From NCBI GenBank assembly GCA_964035545.1, contig OZ037765.1:14456698-14520697 (forward strand): a stretch of 64,000 nt of DNA, read 5' to 3'. Position 1 is the stretch's first letter. Each line of letters begins with the position of its first letter. Under the pieces are notes generated by a model. The model saw only the letters and a list, made by a program, of their open reading frames with translations. It did not search any database and was not told the DNA's origin. A program made the position numbers and the translations under genes. The stretch is from Bugula neritina (lineage: Eukaryota > Animalia > Bryozoa). This document shows, piece after piece, positions 35,501 through 48,038 of this stretch.

Positions 35501-37883
35501 CAGTGGAGGCCGCTGAGAACCTGTTCCATGAGCCTCTGGAAGGTAGCGGGAGCAGAAGTTAACCCGAAGGGCAGTACCTTCCACTTCCACAACCCGTCTC
35601 TGGTGATGAACGCCGCTTTCTCCTGGGCGTCGGGACTGAGGGGGACTTGCCAGTAGCCACTCAGCAAGTCTAAAGTACTGAAGTATTTGCTGCCGGCTAA
35701 GGCGCCCAGGGATTCGTCGATCCGAGGTAGAGGGTAGGCGTCCTGTATGGTTACGCTATTAAGCTTGCGGTAATCCACACAGAACCGCCAACTGCCGTCT
35801 TTCTTCCGGACCAGAACGACCGGCGAGCTCCACGCACTATGTGCAGGCTCTATGAGGCCGCGGTCCAGAAGATCCCGGACTTGTCGGCTGACCTCCTTCT
35901 CCTTCTCTGGCCCCAGTCTCCGGGTGGGTTGGCGGATAGACAAAGTCCCGGCAGCTAGCGGTATCTCGTGACGGACGGCTCTAGTCAAGCCCACGTCCTG
36001 GTCTCCGCTGCTGAACACGTCCCCATACTGGCGCAGCAACTGGGCCATAGCTTGGCGCTCCTTGTTGCCCGCACAGCCTTCACAGGCTGACTGGTATAGT
36101 TCTTGGACGTGTTCCGGGACGGTCCCCCACCGTACAGACGGGCGCTCTTGGGGACCCTCCCTCGCTTCGCCCAGCGACGGTCCTATGTCTCCCTCTTGGA
36201 CCGCATAGAAACGGCCCAATAGGGATCCAGACGGTAGTGTCACCGACTCTGAAAAGGGGTTGACGCACTGCACCAAGATCTCCCCTCGGTCAGTCAGCCG
36301 ATTCAAGCTGCTGGCGAGTTGGATTCTCTTGTGCGTTCCTTCAACGACCCCTAGTCCAGAGAGTTGGCGGTCATTCACTCTGCAGTGAATGGTCGCCCGG
36401 GAGCGGCCGGATACCGTACAGTTACGGACCACCTGCACACCCCGACCAGGGGGCGACCGAACTTATCGACACAGGAAAGCTCCCGGCCTGCCATTAGTAT
36501 GGCGGACTTGTGGAAGTCCATGTGGCACTGGTGTCGCTTCAAGAACAGCGTCCCCAGGATAGCGTCCTCTTCCAGCTGGCTGAGGATAAAGGTTTCCTGG
36601 ATGGCCTGGTCGCGGACGCGGCCAGGCAGCTCTACAACACCGTAGAAGGGGATACGCGACCCGTCTGCGAGGGTGCCAGGTTCCCCGGTGTAGGGAGCTA
36701 ACCCCTTCCTCACCTGGGCAGGGAGGGCATCGAAGACTCGTCTGCTGAGGAGATTCGTGTTGCAACCGAAGTCTAGCAAGAACGTGACGGCCTTGCCGGC
36801 TACCTCCCCGGGCAGGAAGTAGCTTTCTCCATGCGGTTGCAACCTTACTTCCCCAGCATGCGTAGCCTCGGTCAAACGGCGGGGTGTCCGTTTGGTGGTC
36901 TGCTGGCGCCGCTTCTTCGGCGGAGGGGTGTTTAATCCCCCTCCGATGTCCCGAGGGACATCGCCGGCCAGCTCCGTCTCCGGTAGCTGGCTGAAGCGGT
37001 TGGTGATTGGTAGGACAAACGGCTCCTGTCGCCCGATAGGGCGGATGGTCCGTCGTGGTATCTGCCATTCACGGGGTACATCCCGTGATTGCTCCCTCTT
37101 CCGCCCGCGGGGCCTCTTTCTGGGTTGGGGGTCTCCGGAGCGGGGAGGCCCTGGCTTGTCACTTTTCCTACTCCGGGTAGTCTTCTCCGAGGTCTCTCCT
37201 TGTTGTCCTCAGTTAGGGGGCCCGGCATTGGTAAGGGTCTTTGCCACCCGCTTCAGTCTGGCGCTCAGCCGGCCCATCTTCTCCCCGAGTGATTGGGCTA
37301 TCTCCGTGGTGACTTGTGTGCCTTCTGTTTTCCCTGTATATAACTGCTCGGCCCGGAGGTAGTCTTCCCCGACTTGTAGGGCACTTTCTAGAGTGGTCAC
37401 TCCCTTTGCCTGTAGTTGATGGCAGAGACCCACATCTTTTAGGGATTGCATGAAGTCAATGAGAGTAAAGTTCCGTCGGTGTGCTTCTGGCAGGTCGCTG
37501 TACGCGCTCCGTGCCAGTCTCTTCACTAAGGCAACGTGGTCGCGGAGCGGAGTGTCTTCCGCCTGGCGTAGCACTTGTAGACGGGCCCTGGCTTCCAGAG
37601 TGGAGGTGCCAAAACGGCTCCGTAGTGTAGTGAATATCTCCGCCACGCTCCGTCCTTGTCCGAATGGTCTAGCGCACTCCGTCAATACTTCCCGCAGCTT
37701 GACGAGGGCTACTTGTGGCGGCCATTGAGCGACATTTGCTACATCGTGGAATTCCTCAATGAATTGCTCTACATCTTCTACACCCGTGAAGGTGGGAGCG
37801 GTCAGTTTATCTCTATACACCTCCTCCATATGCAAGAAATTGGCTGGCTTACCTCCCGGGTGTTTTGTGCTGTGTTCTGTCAT
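32549..37883 (-). pseudogene. E1 gag-pol with stops and frameshifts
   Basis: Gag APTFTGVEDVEQFI; PR LLDFGCNTN; RT RFCVDYRKLN and YLDD; RH DTDASD and TDHASL; IN HAG..CEIC, HSDQG, PQGNGVVER; GPY/F module KLQPKFVGPY. Confidence 0.93.
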
Positions 37884-37935
37884 GTTCTCCGTCTTTTCAT
37901 TGTCTCAGCTAGAATAATCCCACCGCTGCCACCAC

Positions 37936-38212
37936 TGTTGTGCGATGCACAATGATTATGTGGGCTTCTAGTGAGTTATTGGCATTTAGTCACAAGCAAT
38001 TCACCGGTAGTTTCGTTTGTAAACTTTATTATAAAACTGTAAAATATAGTGTAAAAATCTCTATAAGTATCATTACAATTGCTACTTTACATCGCTGCAA
38101 GTACACGCTAACTAACCAATAATTGTTCTGCTTGGCTTAATCCAATAGTTGCCAATCACTCTCTGTGATTGGCAGGGGGATACGCGTGAGGTGTAAACCA
38201 CGCCCCATTACA
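37936..38212 (-). repeat. 5' LTR of E1
   Basis: Followed on the minus strand by the tRNA-Leu PBS; contains three CCAAT boxes. Confidence 0.93.
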
Positions 38213-39527
38213 ATACACACATGCCAATTATTTACTACAAATTTCAAAACTGTCATAAACCAAATGGTATTACTATGCCTATTTGCATCCAATTTACTAG
38301 TCTTACATTTATAGCAACTGTAATGTATTTTGTGTAAAATAGTTATTGCAAGCATTATTCAATTTATATTCACATTGTAATCACAGCGAAGCCTAAACTT
38401 TATAGCTTTGTATTTACGTGCATGAGTGAGTTTTAATTTCTTTTTAATTTTAGATGCATAAAAAAATATGTTTAAAAACTTTACCAATAAACAAAACTAA
38501 AAAAAAATGTACACATAAAATAAAAAAAATAAAATAACAAAAGTGGCAAAATTTTCCCTTACATCAATGGTGACATCGCGCTAGACCGCCTAGTGGCATA
38601 AGGGGCGTGCCTCAGTTTTTAGTTATGATTGAGCAGTAGAGTAATATTTTTTAACAGTGTGTCAAATATCATAGATAGGACATATTGCTTCAAAGAGGGC
38701 GTATCAACCCATTTAGTAATTTGTCATAAGCTTTTCTTTGTTTTTATGCATTATAACTTATATAAACTCGCGGTAATAATCACGGCATAATGATGCCCAT
38801 ATGATTCTCTAAGATTTCATAAAGTCGGCACTCTTAAATACCACACTGCTAATACTAATAGTGATAGTGACTCGGTAGTTTCCTGAATGGAGCTATTACA
38901 AATGTTTATTTAGCTGTCATGCGAATTGAGAACTCAAAGAAAAACAACTCCTATTGGATCAAAAAAGCGTAAAATTTCGACTATAAACATTAATTGTACG
39001 CTACCAACTAACAAACTTGTACAACTTGAGGCAGCGGAGGAAATTGACCTCCACTCAAAGGGAAAATGTCGTTAAAACTTCTGTGAAGCGTTTACTTAAA
39101 ACTTTTTGCTTTTAGTATTACTATAAGTATAGATATCTTTATTTGCTTTTAGTATTACTATAAATATATTTATTTTCTTTTAGCATTATATGGCACTGTG
39201 ATGAAATTGATACACTGATACTCATACATTATGATTGAGTTCAAGTTTAACCATATTCATATTGATATTAATATTCACTTTCAGGCTTGAATGATTTTAA
39301 GATGCCCTATACTCTATAGGCTATAAGTATAAGTGTTAGTATAACATTAACTTCAAGTATAAGTATAAGGTAATCACTATCATTATCACAAATACTAAAA
39401 TAGTGAAATACTAATGCTAATAGTAATACTATTACTATTAGCATTACTAATACTAATAGTATTAGAGTAATAGTAATAGTATTACTAATGCCAACAGTTA
39501 CTGTAAGTTGTAAGACCATAAGAGTAA

Positions 39528-40030
39528 GGTTTCATCCCACTTTGACGTTTCCCAGTTAGACGCCATTTATTTATATTTATACAATGTATATTTTACGCGC
39601 AATTTATTTGACTATAAATATTATTTGAATATATAATTATGTATATTTAAATAAAGCACGTTTTGAGCACATAGATAAACTTTTTTGATCTGCATTAACA
39701 TATTAATTTTACAGAATTATTGCTTTTTGTTTGAACAGATATTTTGTTAATGAGTATTCATTAATTAATGGTTATGTTTATTGTTAATATATTACTGTTT
39801 TTTGTCCCACACAAATCTATAAAAATTAGAATATTATTTCAGATGATTCATGTTAGCTATTGTAGCTATTAGCATTTTAGCTATTTAGCAATCAATGCAA
39901 CAGTTATATAGGTATACATAAGGATATTACTATATATAATTATATACGGTAGCGCCAAAATAAAAAACAGCATCTAACCGGGAAGTGTCTAAGTGGGAAA
40001 TTTAGCCTAGCGTCTAACTAGGATGAAACC
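39528..40030. mobile_element. MITE with GGTTTCATCC TIRs and an 8-bp TSD (Merlin/IS1016-superfamily-like signature)
   Basis: AAGAGTAA|GGTTTCATCC ... GGATGAAACC|AAGAGTAA, with TSD copies at 39520-39527 and 40031-40038. Confidence 0.82.
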
Positions 40031-41047
40031 AAGAGTAATACTAATAGTGTTACTAGTACTAGCAGTAGCAGTTACAATAACTCTAACAGTAACACAGACA
40101 CTAACTGTGCCTAAAAGTAACACCAACAGTAGCATTCTTGCTCCTGGCACTAAGTCTAACGTTACTCACAGCCACTAACACTAGCAGTAACTTTAAGTGT
40201 AGTCTCAGTTTTATTACTATTACTAGTATAAGTATTAGTATTGCTATTAGTATTAGTGATTATATTTATAATACTAATAGTAGTAGTAATTCTCTAACTT
40301 ATTCGAAGTGATCATCACACTAGACAGCCCTAGAAGGGGTGTGCCGCATATGCCTATGGGTAATATGTTGGATAGTCATTGGCCAATAGTCATACAGTCA
40401 GTACTGGTTGGGCTGTATTGACTGAACAGAAATTTATCCTCTCTTATGGAAGTCTCTGAATTATTGCTTTGATTGTGACCAATTTTCAGATCCTGAATAG
40501 TCCTCGGGAGAAAACTGTTCAGGTACTCGGTATTGTTAGCAAATAGTAATACTAATAGTAATTAATAGTAGTAATACTACAACTTGAACTATTACTAATA
40601 GTAATAGTAATAATAAAAGTAATAGTAATGTTTAAAATAATAGTAATACTCATAGTAATAGTAGTTATGAAATCACTCATATTCATATTGATTTTGATGT
40701 ATTCATATCAATGTTGCTAAACTTCCAAATTTTCAATGGCAATTACCATTGGCAATCAAAGAAAACATGATGATTAAATTAGATTATTAATAATAATACT
40801 AATAGTTATAGTATTTGTATGAATATTAATTATATTTAATTTTATAGACTATGGACATAGTTAATGTTATACTATTATTATTAGTATTCAAGTCAATAAT
40901 ACTAATAGTAATAGTAATACTTACTTATACTGGTAGCCAATAGATGACTTTAATTATTTGGTCATTCCACGCCAAATCAACAAGGCCAAAACCGACCCGT
41001 CTCAGATTTTTTCGAGATTCTAGTAGAGTATTTCAAAACATGTCAAT

Positions 41048-42887
41048 AGACCCTTTTCACATGTCCCTCTAGAAGCATTTGTATTTTGAAATTGGCTCCT
41101 CCCTCAGGTGCAAGTTTGAGTCTCCATGTTATATAGAGAGAGCCCATAAAATCAGTAGAAATTTAAGGTTTGTGTGAAAACTATTGCTAGTATGAGTTTC
41201 ATTTTTTTTGAGATTAATATTTTGGCATAAGCACACAGATTAGCAGTTTCAGAAAAAATTAAAAAAATTTTCTTTCTTGACAAACCTTGAGAAAAATGAA
41301 CTTCAAAGCATGTTTGTGGTTTTGATTGCTGCATGAGGAAGCTGAATTGACAACTATATGATATAGCCTAAGTATCAAATTAATCATTTGTTATACTGGC
41401 TGTCGTGTTCAATGTATAGCTGTTGACCTTTGAACTCTTTGGTCTGCCGTTAACACAGTCTTAAAGCACTGCTAGTGAATGAGACAGCAGATTAGCTGTG
41501 TTAGCATTTTCAATTAACTATATTTACACACTTATGCTATGAGAATAGCCAGACTACCACAACATCTATCATTTTTACAAAAAGCATTCTCACAAAACTA
41601 TAGATATATACTAAATAGACAGATTAAATTTGTAGTATCAAAATGATGTGTAATAGTATGTACACTTAATTATACTTTGAAGAGTTTGTGCTACATTATG
41701 TTCAAGGGACTGTGAATGCTTTACATAGTTTCACGTTATGGCTAAAACTTCTTTAAAAGAAAAATATTACCAAGAAAAGCAAAGCTCAGTTTATGCAAAA
41801 ATTTATTTAAAAGATTTTATATTTAGGCAGGCATCTTTTCATTCAATATCTTCTTGAAATATTTTGTCTGCTCTATATCTTTATCACATGTTTTACAACA
41901 GGTCTAATACTTTTATTTAAAAGTTTCAATTTAGATTAATTTAAATGTTTTACTTAATGTTAACTGATATATTCTCGCTCATGCCTATTTTAAGATAATA
42001 GCTGTAATATTCTAATCGGTGCTGTCGTGACTTATAGCCAACCTCTAAAATTTTATGTTATTCAAATGTGAGTCTCAAATTAAAGAAAAGCATTATAACA
42101 TTTTGTGATCCAGGGTCAGCCAAGCCAGCTGTATAACTGCAGCTAAGTTTCAATAAGACTAGCTCATGATATTTAAAGCATGAGAAGTTGAAAAGCTATA
42201 ACATTAAACAGTTTTACTGAAAACCCAAGCAAAACGTTATAACACAGTTTTATCAACATGCTTTCAATGCTTCACTTGTAAAAATCTGCTTAATACTTTT
42301 CAACCAGAATTTCCTTCTGAAGTAATTTTCAGATAACTCAGTTTATGCTGCAGGTTGATGAGTTGGGAAACTTGGGCTTTCAGGTGCAGTAATGATTAGC
42401 TTAGTTTACTTATTTTACCTTTCACCCATTTCATTATATAACTGCATTTTAACCTACCACCTACATTAACTGGGATCTTAAGTCTACTGCAGCTGACGGA
42501 GATGACTACTACACACGAGGTAGGTGCAGTAATGGAGAAATAGAGAAAAGCCTGTGTTCTAGATTAGAAATGTAGCAAAAAAGTTATGTTATACGCAACA
42601 CCAAAATTTGTAAAGAAATTTAAAGAAATAAGGCTATCTCAATTTCTTCACTACTGCTCCTAAATGGTACAATCCACAGGCATAATTAAGAAATAACGAA
42701 ACTGTAACACAAAAGCCTGAATGCCAACAGCTAAAAGGCTAACTGAGCTTTCAATTAAATTATCTAGATATATTTATTTGAGCACAATTGTTACAATTGC
42801 AATAGGTGCATTTAACCTGCTAGAAAATTAAACGGCATGTATCAATCCACATTTCATATTCGTTTGATACTACAAATCTAATCTGTC

Positions 42888-42918
<31 letters not shown>

Positions 42919-43452
42919 GTTTTGTGGGAATGCTTTTTGTAAAAATGATGGATGTTGAGGTAGTCTAGCTGTTCTTATAGCATAAGAGTGTAAATATAGT
43001 TAATTGAAAATGCTAACACAGCTAATCTGCTGTCTCCTTCACTAGCAGTGCTCTAAGACTGTGTTAACAGCAGGCCAAAGAGTTGAAAAGTCAACAGCTA
43101 TGATTTGAACACGGCAGCCAGCATAACAAATGATTAATTTGAGACTTATATCATATAGTTGCCAGTTTAGCTTGCTCATGCAGTAATCAAAACCACAAAC
43201 ATGCTTTGAAGTTCATTTTTTTCAAGGTTTGTCAAGAAAGAAAATTTTTCTGGAACTGCTAATCTGTGTGCTTATACCAAAATATTAATCTCAGAAAAAA
43301 TGAAACTCATACTAACAATAGTCTTCACACAAACCTTAAATTTCTACTGATTTTATGGACTCTCTATGTATCATGGAGACTCAAACTTGCACCTGTGGGA
43401 GAAAACAATTTCAAAATGCAAATGCTTCTAGAGGGACATGTGAAAAGGGTCT
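41048..43452. mobile_element. Non-autonomous DNA element with ~600-bp terminal inverted repeats
   Basis: 41043-41643 is the reverse complement of 42864-43457. Termini AT|AGACCCTTTTCACATG ... CATGTGAAAAGGGTCT|AT. Confidence 0.85.
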
Positions 43453-44390
43453 ATTGAAAAAATATCAAACGTTAGCCCTTACTTCCTAATAGTTTTTTAG
43501 TTATGACACTTTTTGTGAGCGAAGGGTGGTAAAGAAAATAGTAATTTTTTCATGGGTTTCGGTATTGACGGTCAACTTCATAGATTTGTATCTCAGACAA
43601 TTCAAGGCAAACCTCTCATACTTTTATGGATGATATTCCTACATGACTTGAATCAAGTTAGGGCAAAAAATCTGCCATAAGTGTTGAGAAAAGTTTTCTG
43701 TTGCATTATGTTTTTAGGCCCAAAAGTTTGGTAATTTTTCAAAATCCTCAATTTTTTGACACTTAAAACTCACCTTTTACAAATGTCTAGGATCTTGATA
43801 TTTGTAGCACCTAACAACTATATTATATATATTGCATTAAAAAGTTTCAGCTTTTTACCGGCATAAATTTCATCACAATTGCACGTTAAAATCTTAAAAT
43901 TATGAAATTATGCACTATTTCATGAGGAGAAAACTCAATGTGGCTAAAAAATTTTTTCTTAAAAGTGGTTTCATTTAAAAGATGTTGGTGTATATTATAT
44001 TATAATAAAACTGAATGTTTTTATGTTTTTACCTTCATGGAAAAATTGTGGATTAAATTGACGGGCTTTTACAATTTTCGCCTATATTTAAAACTACACT
44101 TTATACAGTTACTGAAACATGCATAACGTTATAAAAAATACCAAAATTGTTTACATATTATCTGCAATCATTTTCATAACATTTAAATTTAATTTGGATA
44201 TCATTAATTATTACACTCCATAGAATTGATTGGGTTCATTTTAGGTAAAACCAGTAAACGATTACAGTTTAAAAGCACAATAGATTTAAATCTAGTAAAT
44301 AAAAAAAGAATGATATTACAATTATCACTTGTTGGTTTATAAGTATATTTTTTTATTTCTCAAAGAAATAATGTTTGTATATGGGGCATT

Positions 44391-44782
44391 TTACTTAATT
44401 TAGTACACACTGGAAATCTCCAGTTTTTAGCTATTTTTTACAATTTAGCTGCTAATGAACAGGGGTTTTTGCCCAAAACTAGTAAAATATAAATGAATAC
44501 ACCTAAATAATCAAAGTTCTTCTTAATTTTGCTAATTTTCCTAATTATTCAGCTACTTTGAATTGTAGAGTGTTATAAAAAACCATAACTCTCTGAAATC
44601 AAAATTAGTTGAATAATTAAAAAACAAATGGGAAATCAAGCAAAATTAAGAAGAACCTTCATTATTTAGGTGTGTTTTTTCATATTTTACTAGTTTTGGG
44701 CAAAAACCCATGTTCATTAGCAGCTAAATTGTAAAAAATAGCTAAAAACTGGGGATTTCCAGTGTGTACTAAATTAAATAAA
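44391..44782. mobile_element. Palindromic MITE / hairpin with ~150-bp arms
   Basis: TTTAGTACACACTGGAAATCTCCAGTTTTTAGC... pairs with ...GCTAAAAACTGGGGATTTCCAGTGTGTACTAAA. Confidence 0.82.
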
Positions 44783-45889
44783 CTGACCCACATTGTTTTT
44801 TTTTTCATAAGTAAATATTTAATTAAAATAATGTATTTTGTCATGCTGCCACTTGGTGGGTTCTATGCTTGCATTATACTTCCCATTGTTTTCTGCCCTT
44901 CAATTTGTGCCCCCTCACTTACTCCCTATGCACTACTCCTCATGCACTCCTACATACTCATATATATGTGTGTGTGTGCGCGCGTGCGTGCCTGTGTTTC
45001 CAATCTTTGAATAATAAATAGTATTTAGTAAGTTTTTTGTTCTACTTGACTATAAAAGAAGACAAAGTGGTCACATTGTTGTTGATCAGCACCTGACAGT
45101 TTTGTGTCTAGGCTTGAATCCTGGTACTAGAGTATAAAACTGCGTTATTTTAGTTCTTGCCCCTAACTTAACTTCCTGTGTGTATTCTCCAGTTCATGCA
45201 ACTGTGTTAAGTCATAGAGAAGTACCACTGCAAGGAGAAACTGTATATGCTCAGTACTGATTTCATTCCAGTTAAACCACAACCTCCCTTCCACCCAATC
45301 AACTATTCCCTTTCAGCTCTGCAGAAAAATGTCTTGATACATGCTCACCCTAAACCTCTCACCCCAGCCCTCATCCCATTGCATACACAGTAATTTTTCC
45401 TTTGCCAAAGAATCACCGACCTGTAAATTTATCATGTAGAGATACCTTCACACAGCACACTGGCACAATGTATTTTATTATTAGCAAGCCAGCCAAACTG
45501 AAAGAGCAGGTTTCTTACAGGGTGTGTATGTGTGTGTGTGTGTGTGCGCGTGCGAGTGTGTGACTTTTTACAGGAAGAAAGTAAGAGATGATGTGTGGGT
45601 TAAGGTGTGGGTGAGTGAGTGAGTGCAGGAAGGAGTGAGGGAGAGATGGGGGCTTTAGCAATTGTTTCTTCAACTGTGTATAACATAAATTAGACAAAAA
45701 GTCCTCAATTCCCTGATGAACCAGAAAATTATATGTAAATATTGCAATTTACATATTTAGATCCATCGACATAAAATGCTATGGCCTGACATTTCTTGCT
45801 TTCGAATGACTAGTTTCACTGGTAAAATTCTCAAGCTGCCATATATCTCTTTCTGGCATATCTTGTGGAAGATTGAGAGATTAAACCAT

Positions 45890-46147
45890 GCTGCATGTGT
45901 ATGATAACTAATAAGTGACTGCAACATGACACTGTTGCATCATCATATTTTAGAAAACAGTCTTGAATCTTGTGAAATTCATTATTTTTCTGATGGAGCA
46001 GCTGCCCAACATAAGAATATTTAAAAAATTGCAAATCTTGTGTTTCATGAAGACGATTTTAGACTTCATGCTTATTGGAACCTTTTTTCAACCAGTCATG
46101 ACATGGATGCGTGTGATGGTGTAGGTGGAACGATTAAAAGTTATGCA
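45890..46147 (+). pseudogene. Degenerate DDE transposase fragment, Sola2-like
   Basis: Translates to ISD.QHDTVA ... FSDGAAAQHKNI*KIANLVFHEDDFRLHAYWNLFSTSHDMDACDGVGGTIKS. This resembles the SDG..QYKN...W.FFATSHGK..CDG.GG core. The superfamily label is from memory. Confidence 0.7.
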
Positions 46148-46249
46148 TTCTTTTACTTGTATTCTAATACTTGTGCTTCTACAATATATTTGTAGCCTAT
46201 AATAAATCTTGATTCAAGTTTTGGCAGCTAAAGCAGAGGTTTTGTCACC

Positions 46250-47060
46250 ATGTCTTATTTATTGCAACATCTGCACAATGGCTGGCAGGTTGACCAAGCG
46301 ATTCTCTCTGAAGAAGACAGGGTTGTGATAATAAGGTAAGTGCAATAATATTTTATAATTGTCTTTGTTCCATCTTCGACTAATCTGCTAACAGAACATT
46401 TTAGCTTGGTACTTTATATGGTCAATTGTGGATCCAGTTACGCTGTTCTCCGAGAATAATAGGACTCATCAAAAATTATTGCAACAATTTATAGAATCAT
46501 TATTTTGTAATATTGGTTGTGTTGGTAGTTGTAGCTTTCATCTGTTTTGTTTCATTGATTCGCAACATGCATGCATGCAAGAAACTTTTATAAAGTTTAG
46601 AATTGAAAAAGTTGAAACTTAATTTAGCATTGTGAATTATATTTACTGCTGAACTTTTTATTGTACAATTTAGTATTTTTTACCTTATAAAAATTTACAA
46701 TATTATATTATCTGCAGATTTGGACATGATTGGGACCCAACTTGCATGGTCATGGATGAGACCTTATACAAGTGCGCTGAGAAGATGAAAAATTTTGCAG
46801 TAGTGTATTTAGTAGACATAACTGAAGTACCTGACTTTAACAAAATGTACGAACTCTATGATCCGTGTACATGCATGTTCTTCTATAGAAATAAGCATAT
46901 AATGATAGATCTGGGTACAGGAAACAACAACAAAATCAACTGGGCAATGGAGGATGTGCAAGAGTATATAGATATTGTGGAGACAGTATACAGAGGAGCT
47001 AGGAAAGGAAGAGGTCTGGTAGTATCTCCTAAAGACTACTCAACTAAATATAGATACTAG
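46250..47060 (+). CDS. TXNL4A: Thioredoxin-like protein 4A (Dim1, U5 snRNP), 142 aa; exons 46250-46335 and 46718-47060
   Basis: MSYLLQHLHNGWQVDQAILSEEDRVVIIR|FGHDWDPTCMVMDETLY...GRGLVVSPKDYSTKYRY. Exon lengths 86 + 343 = 429 nt. Confidence 0.97.
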
Positions 47061-47388
47061 ACAGTTTAAACTGGCTACTTTTGTATATGTTTATTTCATT
47101 ATAAAGATTTTGTGTTTTTATCCATACTTTGTTTAGGCAGTAAATTCATTAATGTGAGAATATAATAGATAAGTGCAGTCATATTTAGCACTTCTCCATA
47201 ATATATCATTAACTGAACATTTAAAATTACCTGTTGTGTGATTAATAAATACTTATAATAAAATGTAATGAACATTCTAAAGAGGTATGATCACTGTTGT
47301 TCTTAAGTCATGCTCTAGCCAAATAAATTAACCATCAACCTGTTAATATATAATCACAGTTTTGCAAAACATTATGATTGATAAAGCT

Positions 47389-47985
47389 TTAATGATTCCA
47401 TTGAGGTATAAGATCACGAGTAGATTTAGTAGCTGTCAGTTTCTGCATGCTGTTTCCATAGACTCCACTTTCGTCTTGCCATGTGTTTCGGCCAGGTCTC
47501 CTGTAATCTGCTGTATCAGTAAATTGGGAATGGCATTTTTTGTTTGCAACTGTATTGTCAGCAAACTCCTCACCCTAAACAACAAGTTCAACAATATTGA
47601 AGATCAGTAATATTTGTAACATACCATGTATATTGATTGGGAGTAAACATTATTGTGCGGTGTACTTATACACCAAAGCTTTAAAATTTAAGATTACAAG
47701 CACACTTATTGCAGAATCACATCATGTTTTGTTACCAATAAAACCTCGATCTGTGTAGAGTGGTGACTATAAAATACAGGGTAGTGGTTGAAAATTGGAC
47801 ACTAACCTGTACGTCGGTGTTAGACTCTACAGCTTCATAAGGATAAGGTGCACAATAATCATAATTGTAAGTAGTCTTTGAACGAAATGCGTCATGATCT
47901 GGGTGATGGTGCGGTAAAACAGATCCATAACCTTTTTCAGGTTTGCTTGTATCTCTGTGAAACAAATAGGTACACACACATGTGT

Positions 47986-48038
<53 letters not shown>

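Larger units (their letters stand above)
30749..38212 (-). mobile_element. Full-length Ty3/Gypsy element E1 (tRNA-Leu PBS), decayed, carrying an extra ORF3
   Basis: LTRs at 37936-38212 (5') and 30749-31027 (3'). PBS at 37916-37934 reads AATCCCACCGCTGCCACCA on +, matching the tRNA-Leu(AAG/TAG) 3' end. G-rich PPT at 31028-31041. Domain order is gag-PR-RT-RH-IN. Confidence 0.95.
30309..38850. mobile_element. Foldback/palindromic element whose arms (30309-30745 and 38213-38850) are split by Gypsy E1
   Basis: The arms are reverse complements, e.g. GCATTATTCA..TTACGTGCATGAG versus CTCATGCACGTAA..TGAATAATGC. The right arm has a ~190-bp insert (~38564-38753). Confidence 0.8.

Noticed and set aside
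36200-36440. Beta-rich spacer between protease and RT as a dUTPase
   Set aside because: No recognisable dUTPase catalytic motifs; an HMM search would be needed.
37916-37934. tRNA-Leu gene (also 61508-61525; tRNA-Ile-like at 29484-29496)
   Set aside because: Only the 3'-terminal 13-19 nt including CCA are present, next to an LTR. These are primer-binding sites.
32366-37955. Plus-strand ORFs antisense to Gypsy gag-pol
   Set aside because: Shadow ORFs of GC-rich coding sequence with no recognisable domains.
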